Shown here: piece by piece, positions 60,706 to 64,000 of the stretch
Layout of the letters: each line of letters begins with the position of its first letter
How positions within the stretch are numbered: position 1 is the stretch's first letter
Assembly (NCBI GenBank): GCA_963819655.1
Contig: CAWFXA010000001.1
Span: 512,001-576,000, forward strand
Direction of reading: 5' to 3'
Source of the DNA: an uncultured Chloroflexia bacterium
GTDB taxonomy: Bacteria > Chloroflexota > Limnocylindria > Limnocylindrales > CSP1-4
Length of the DNA stretch: 64,000 nucleotides
Notes under the pieces: generated by a model
The model's input: the letters and a program-made list of their open reading frames with translations, nothing else
Databases searched by the model: none
Told to the model about the DNA's origin: nothing
Translations under genes and position numbers: made by a program

Positions 60706-60822
60706 CGCCCGGCCTCTCGTAGACGCGACGGATCCCGTCGCACCTAGATATCAAGTCACCAGGCATTCGGCACGGCATCATCACAATGGGGTGACGGCCC
60801 ACCACCGGAGCACGGTCGGGCG

Positions 60823-63183
60823 TTACCGCCGCTCCACGGTTGCGCCGGGAGGGACCGAGCCATGATCCGCGATGGGCATCAGCTCGGTCGGCGTCTCGGC
60901 GCGGCGGTCGCCATGGAACGCGGGGTCGCGCAATGGATCAGTCAAGCCGATGGTCGCCGCCCGCGCGATGGCATCCCCGCGCGACGACACGTCGAGCTTC
61001 CGGTAGATCGACATCGTCTGGCTCTTGATGGTGTTGGATGACACACCGATCCGTTCACCGATCTCGCGGAACGACAAATAGGTCGAGAGGTATGGCAACA
61101 GGCGCAACTCCGCCGCCGTCAGCGCCGACGCCCCAACGACGACTGATGCCGCCGCGGCCGCCTGCTCTCGAAGGGTCACGATGTCGCGGGCGAGCCGGCC
61201 GAATGGCGGGAACTGGCTCAGGATGTCATTCGCCTCGCGCAACAGAGTCCGAGTCCCGGCGGCGTCGGACTGCGCCAAGGCCAGACGCGCGAGCTCGATA
61301 TCGGTCCCGACGGCAAGCCATGGGACGGCCACCGACAAGCCCGCCCGCAGCCGATGGGCGTGGGCCTGGTCCCTGGCCGCCTGGATCCGGTTTCCACGGC
61401 GCGTCGCGACGCGGGCAGTTAGGGCGAAGACAAGGCTCATGAGCGCGAGCTCGTTCAGTGAGTTGCTCAGGACGACATCGCGTGCCGTTGCGCTCAGCGC
61501 CTCGGCCCGCGCCCAGTCCCCGCGTTCGATGGCGATCATCGCTCGATAGGCCAGCGCGAGCGCTCGGCTCGACGCGGCGACCGGCGGGATCGATGCGCGA
61601 TCGGCCTCGGCCAGGGTCGCGTCCGCGGTCAGGTCATCACCGGCAAGATAGTGAGCAACCCCCAGGATGCCCAGCGCGGCCGTTCTCCTGGTGCTGAGCG
61701 ACGGGATCTGATCGACGGCGATCGCGGCATCCGCGAGCATCGACGCCGCTCCGTTCTGGGCCATGATCGCGCGACTCAACGCCAGCCAGGCGTGGATCGA
61801 ACCGCTCCCGTCGGACATCGGTCCGACGAATTCGGTCGAGGTCGCCATGTGCATCCACTGCCCCGCGCGTGATGGATCGCCGACCAGTGCGAAATAGATC
61901 GCCCCGATGACCGCGACATCGGGGTGGCGACCCATCCATGGAGCCGCCTCGACCTCGTCGAACCAGCGCTGAACGGTCGCGACGTTGCCAGCATTGAAGG
62001 CGGTCTGCGTGTGGGTCACGAGCAGGCGCGCCAAGCGTGTCTCGTCCCCAGCCAGTCGCGCGCAGTCGATGGCCTCGCCCGGGGCGCCGTGCTCCTCGAG
62101 CCAGATCGAGGCGTTGGTCGCCAGTCGGGCGATGTCGTCCGTATCGTTGCTCTCGAGGTCGGCCCGCAACAGGTCGCGAAGAAGGTGATGTTGGCGGTAC
62201 CAGACACCGCGATCGTCGAGTGGCACCATGAAGCGGTTGGCACTCTCGAGCGCCGACAGGATCGCAGCGGAGTCTGTCCGGCCGAGGACCGCATCGCACA
62301 ACGGCCCGCTCATCCGCTCCAGGAATGACGTCCGACGCAGGAACGCGACAAGATCCGGGCCGAGCGGCTCGACGATCTCGGATCTGATATACCGGGCGAT
62401 GCCGCGTGAGGTCCCTGTCAGACCGTGCGTCGTCAGGTCGCCGCGGTCGGCTGTCGCCAGGATCCCGAGGTACAGCCCGGCGAGCCAGCCCTCGGCCTGC
62501 TGGTTGAGCATCGCCGCGGTCGCCTGGTCCATCCCATGATCGATGGCCTCCGCGAGCGCGAACGCCTCCTGATCGTCGAGTGCGAGATCCGTCGAATCGA
62601 GCTCGAGAACGGTTCCCGCGACCCGCCGACGCGACAGCGCGATGGGTGGCGATGCACGGCTCGCTAGCACCAGCCGTGAGCCAGGGGGCAGGAGATCGGG
62701 CAGGGCTGTGAGCGCGTCCGCTGCTGACCCGGGGGCGAGGGTGTCCGCGTCGTCGACGAACAGGACGAGGGCTGGATGATGCTCGAGCGCTGTACTCAAA
62801 CGGGTGACGGCGGACCACGGCGAGATCGCCGGAGCGGCTAGCGCCTGGAAGACCTTCTTGTCGATCGGTCGGACGAGGTGGAGCGCCGCGGCGAGGAGGC
62901 TGACGAGTGTGGCGGGGTCGTCGTCGTGGGCGTCGAGCGAAACCCATGCCACGGCGCGCTGTTCATGGGCTGCGGCTTGGGCCAGGAACGTGGTCTTGCC
63001 ATATCCGGCGGGCGCCGAGACCCACACGACCGTGGCAGGCGAGGCCGCCAGTCGTTCCAGGAGCGCCCGACGCGTGACACTCCCGGCGCGCACCGGGGGC
63101 GGAACAGTCTTGGCCTGGACGCGGACCGCCGGGATGCCGGGTAGATGGGGGGCACGCGGGCTAGAGCGTGTGACAGCTGCGAT
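60823..63183 (-). CDS. MalT-like LuxR regulator
   Basis: APAGYGKTT, WVSLD..DDDP, EGW.AGL, YRQHHLLRD and C-terminal LTAAELRLLPYL...SIYRKLDVSSR. Start is ATC 63183 (after GGAGG) or GTG 63219. Confidence 0.88.
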   Translation of the reverse strand: MAAVTRSSPRAPHLPGIPAVRVQAKTVPPPVRAGSVTRRALLERLAASPATVVWVSAPAGYGKTTFLAQAAAHEQRAVAWVSLDAHDDDPATLVSLLAAALHLVRPIDKKVFQALAAPAISPWSAVTRLSTALEHHPALVLFVDDADTLAPGSAADALTALPDLLPPGSRLVLASRASPPIALSRRRVAGTVLELDSTDLALDDQEAFALAEAIDHGMDQATAAMLNQQAEGWLAGLYLGILATADRGDLTTHGLTGTSRGIARYIRSEIVEPLGPDLVAFLRRTSFLERMSGPLCDAVLGRTDSAAILSALESANRFMVPLDDRGVWYRQHHLLRDLLRADLESNDTDDIARLATNASIWLEEHGAPGEAIDCARLAGDETRLARLLVTHTQTAFNAGNVATVQRWFDEVEAAPWMGRHPDVAVIGAIYFALVGDPSRAGQWMHMATSTEFVGPMSDGSGSIHAWLALSRAIMAQNGAASMLADAAIAVDQIPSLSTRRTAALGILGVAHYLAGDDLTADATLAEADRASIPPVAASSRALALAYRAMIAIERGDWARAEALSATARDVVLSNSLNELALMSLVFALTARVATRRGNRIQAARDQAHAHRLRAGLSVAVPWLAVGTDIELARLALAQSDAAGTRTLLREANDILSQFPPFGRLARDIVTLREQAAAAASVVVGASALTAAELRLLPYLSTYLSFREIGERIGVSSNTIKSQTMSIYRKLDVSSRGDAIARAATIGLTDPLRDPAFHGDRRAETPTELMPIADHGSVPPGATVERR

Positions 63184-63396
63184 GAATGCCTCCCCACGCG
63201 CGCCTGCAGATTCTCGCACTGATTGTCAAATCAACGACGCCTCTTGATAAGCCTGCGGGCCCCCCGTTTTCGCGACATTACCGATCGTCATCGCGAAATC
63301 ACAGGTCGTCATGTCGGTTCTCGCGGGGCCGCGTGATGGCGAGGGTCAGTTGGCGGTGCGCACCAGCGAGCGGACCCACGTCATCGAACGCTCGCG

Positions 63397-63780
63397 CTAG
63401 TCGGTCGTCGATGACCGCCCCGCGGGTGGCATCGCTCCGTTGCCACGCCGCCGCCAGGGAAGGGCTCCCTCCAGCTCGATCTCGAGCGAGAAACTCAGGA
63501 AGGTCCTGACCAACACGATGATGCCAAGGATGGCCGCGCTCTGGAGCGTCGGATCGATCGTGACGGTCAGGATGATGTCGGCGATGATCAAGATCTCGAG
63601 GCCCAGGAGGATCGACCGGCCGACGTTTCGGCGCACGGATTGATAGGCGACCGAGCGCCTACCCTGAGCGAGGAGCAAGCCCCCGCCGACCAGGGCGACG
63701 ACCGAACCCACCGCGAGCACCGCGACACCCGCGATCTCGAACACCTTGACCACGGTGTCCATCCCTTCCTGGAATGTCAT
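63397..63780 (-). CDS. DUF1622 membrane protein
   Basis: GRSILLGLEILIIADII.TV and LGIIVLVRTFLSFSLEIE; AAGGAG SD. Confidence 0.85.
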   Translation of the reverse strand: MTFQEGMDTVVKVFEIAGVAVLAVGSVVALVGGGLLLAQGRRSVAYQSVRRNVGRSILLGLEILIIADIILTVTIDPTLQSAAILGIIVLVRTFLSFSLEIELEGALPWRRRGNGAMPPAGRSSTTD

Positions 63781-63811
63781 GAGTACTCCTTGATGGGGAC
63801 CATGGCGCCGG

Positions 63812-64000
63812 TCACGACGGCCTGACGATGCACCGGAACCCGATGTGGCCCGTGCTCGTGTCGACGGTCTCGGCCTGGCGGGCAGCCGGGCGGTAGCGCA
63901 GGCAGTAGTTCGGTGCGCACAGGTGCGAGCCGCCCTTCATCACCCGGCGCGGGATGTGTTCGCCGGGCTGACCGACGCCGAATGACATCTCCGGCGACGA
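63812..64000 (-). CDS. formylglycine-generating enzyme (SUMF1) family, 3' end only
   Basis: Absent from the track. Manual translation: ...[46 protein letters not shown]. Confidence 0.88.
   Translation of the reverse strand, partial: SSPEMSFGVGQPGEHIPRRVMKGGSHLCAPNYCLRYRPAARQAETVDTSTGHIGFRCIVRPS

Overview
A high-GC (about 70% by eye), gene-dense chromosomal window. Gene style suggests Chloroflexota (Limnocylindria-like) or an actinobacterium-like organism; this is an inference. I found no rRNA, tRNA, IS element or cas gene. Contents in order: a GT4 glycosyltransferase pair and a cold-shock protein; a branched-chain amino acid cluster (ilvB-ilvN-ilvC-leuA-leuB-cimA plus a stand-alone LeuA regulatory domain, with a Leu-rich attenuator; leuCD and ilvD lie nearby); a GGDEF-EAL protein; a MarP-like protease; MarR with fabD-fabF-fabF; a CopA-cupredoxin fusion; korAB flanked by CBS proteins; an XRE-PD-(D/E)XK gene; hmgA; two large LuxR/AAA regulators; and the end of an FGE gene. 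The best candidate for an undescribed system is a cyclic-nucleotide/protease module at 32.7-42.7 kb. It comprises an MFS-cNMP transporter, a 64-aa acidic peptide carrying the subtilase His motif DVVGHG, a cytoplasmic S8 peptidase, a GAF protein, Crp, a secreted protein, and a tandem-cyclase AAA/TPR protein with complementary catalytic halves. Other notable signals are a 62-bp-period palindrome array at 11.46-11.67 kb, three apparent AUC start codons with strong SD sites, and many apparently leaderless genes. About nine single-base indels split or fuse genes and most likely are sequencing errors.
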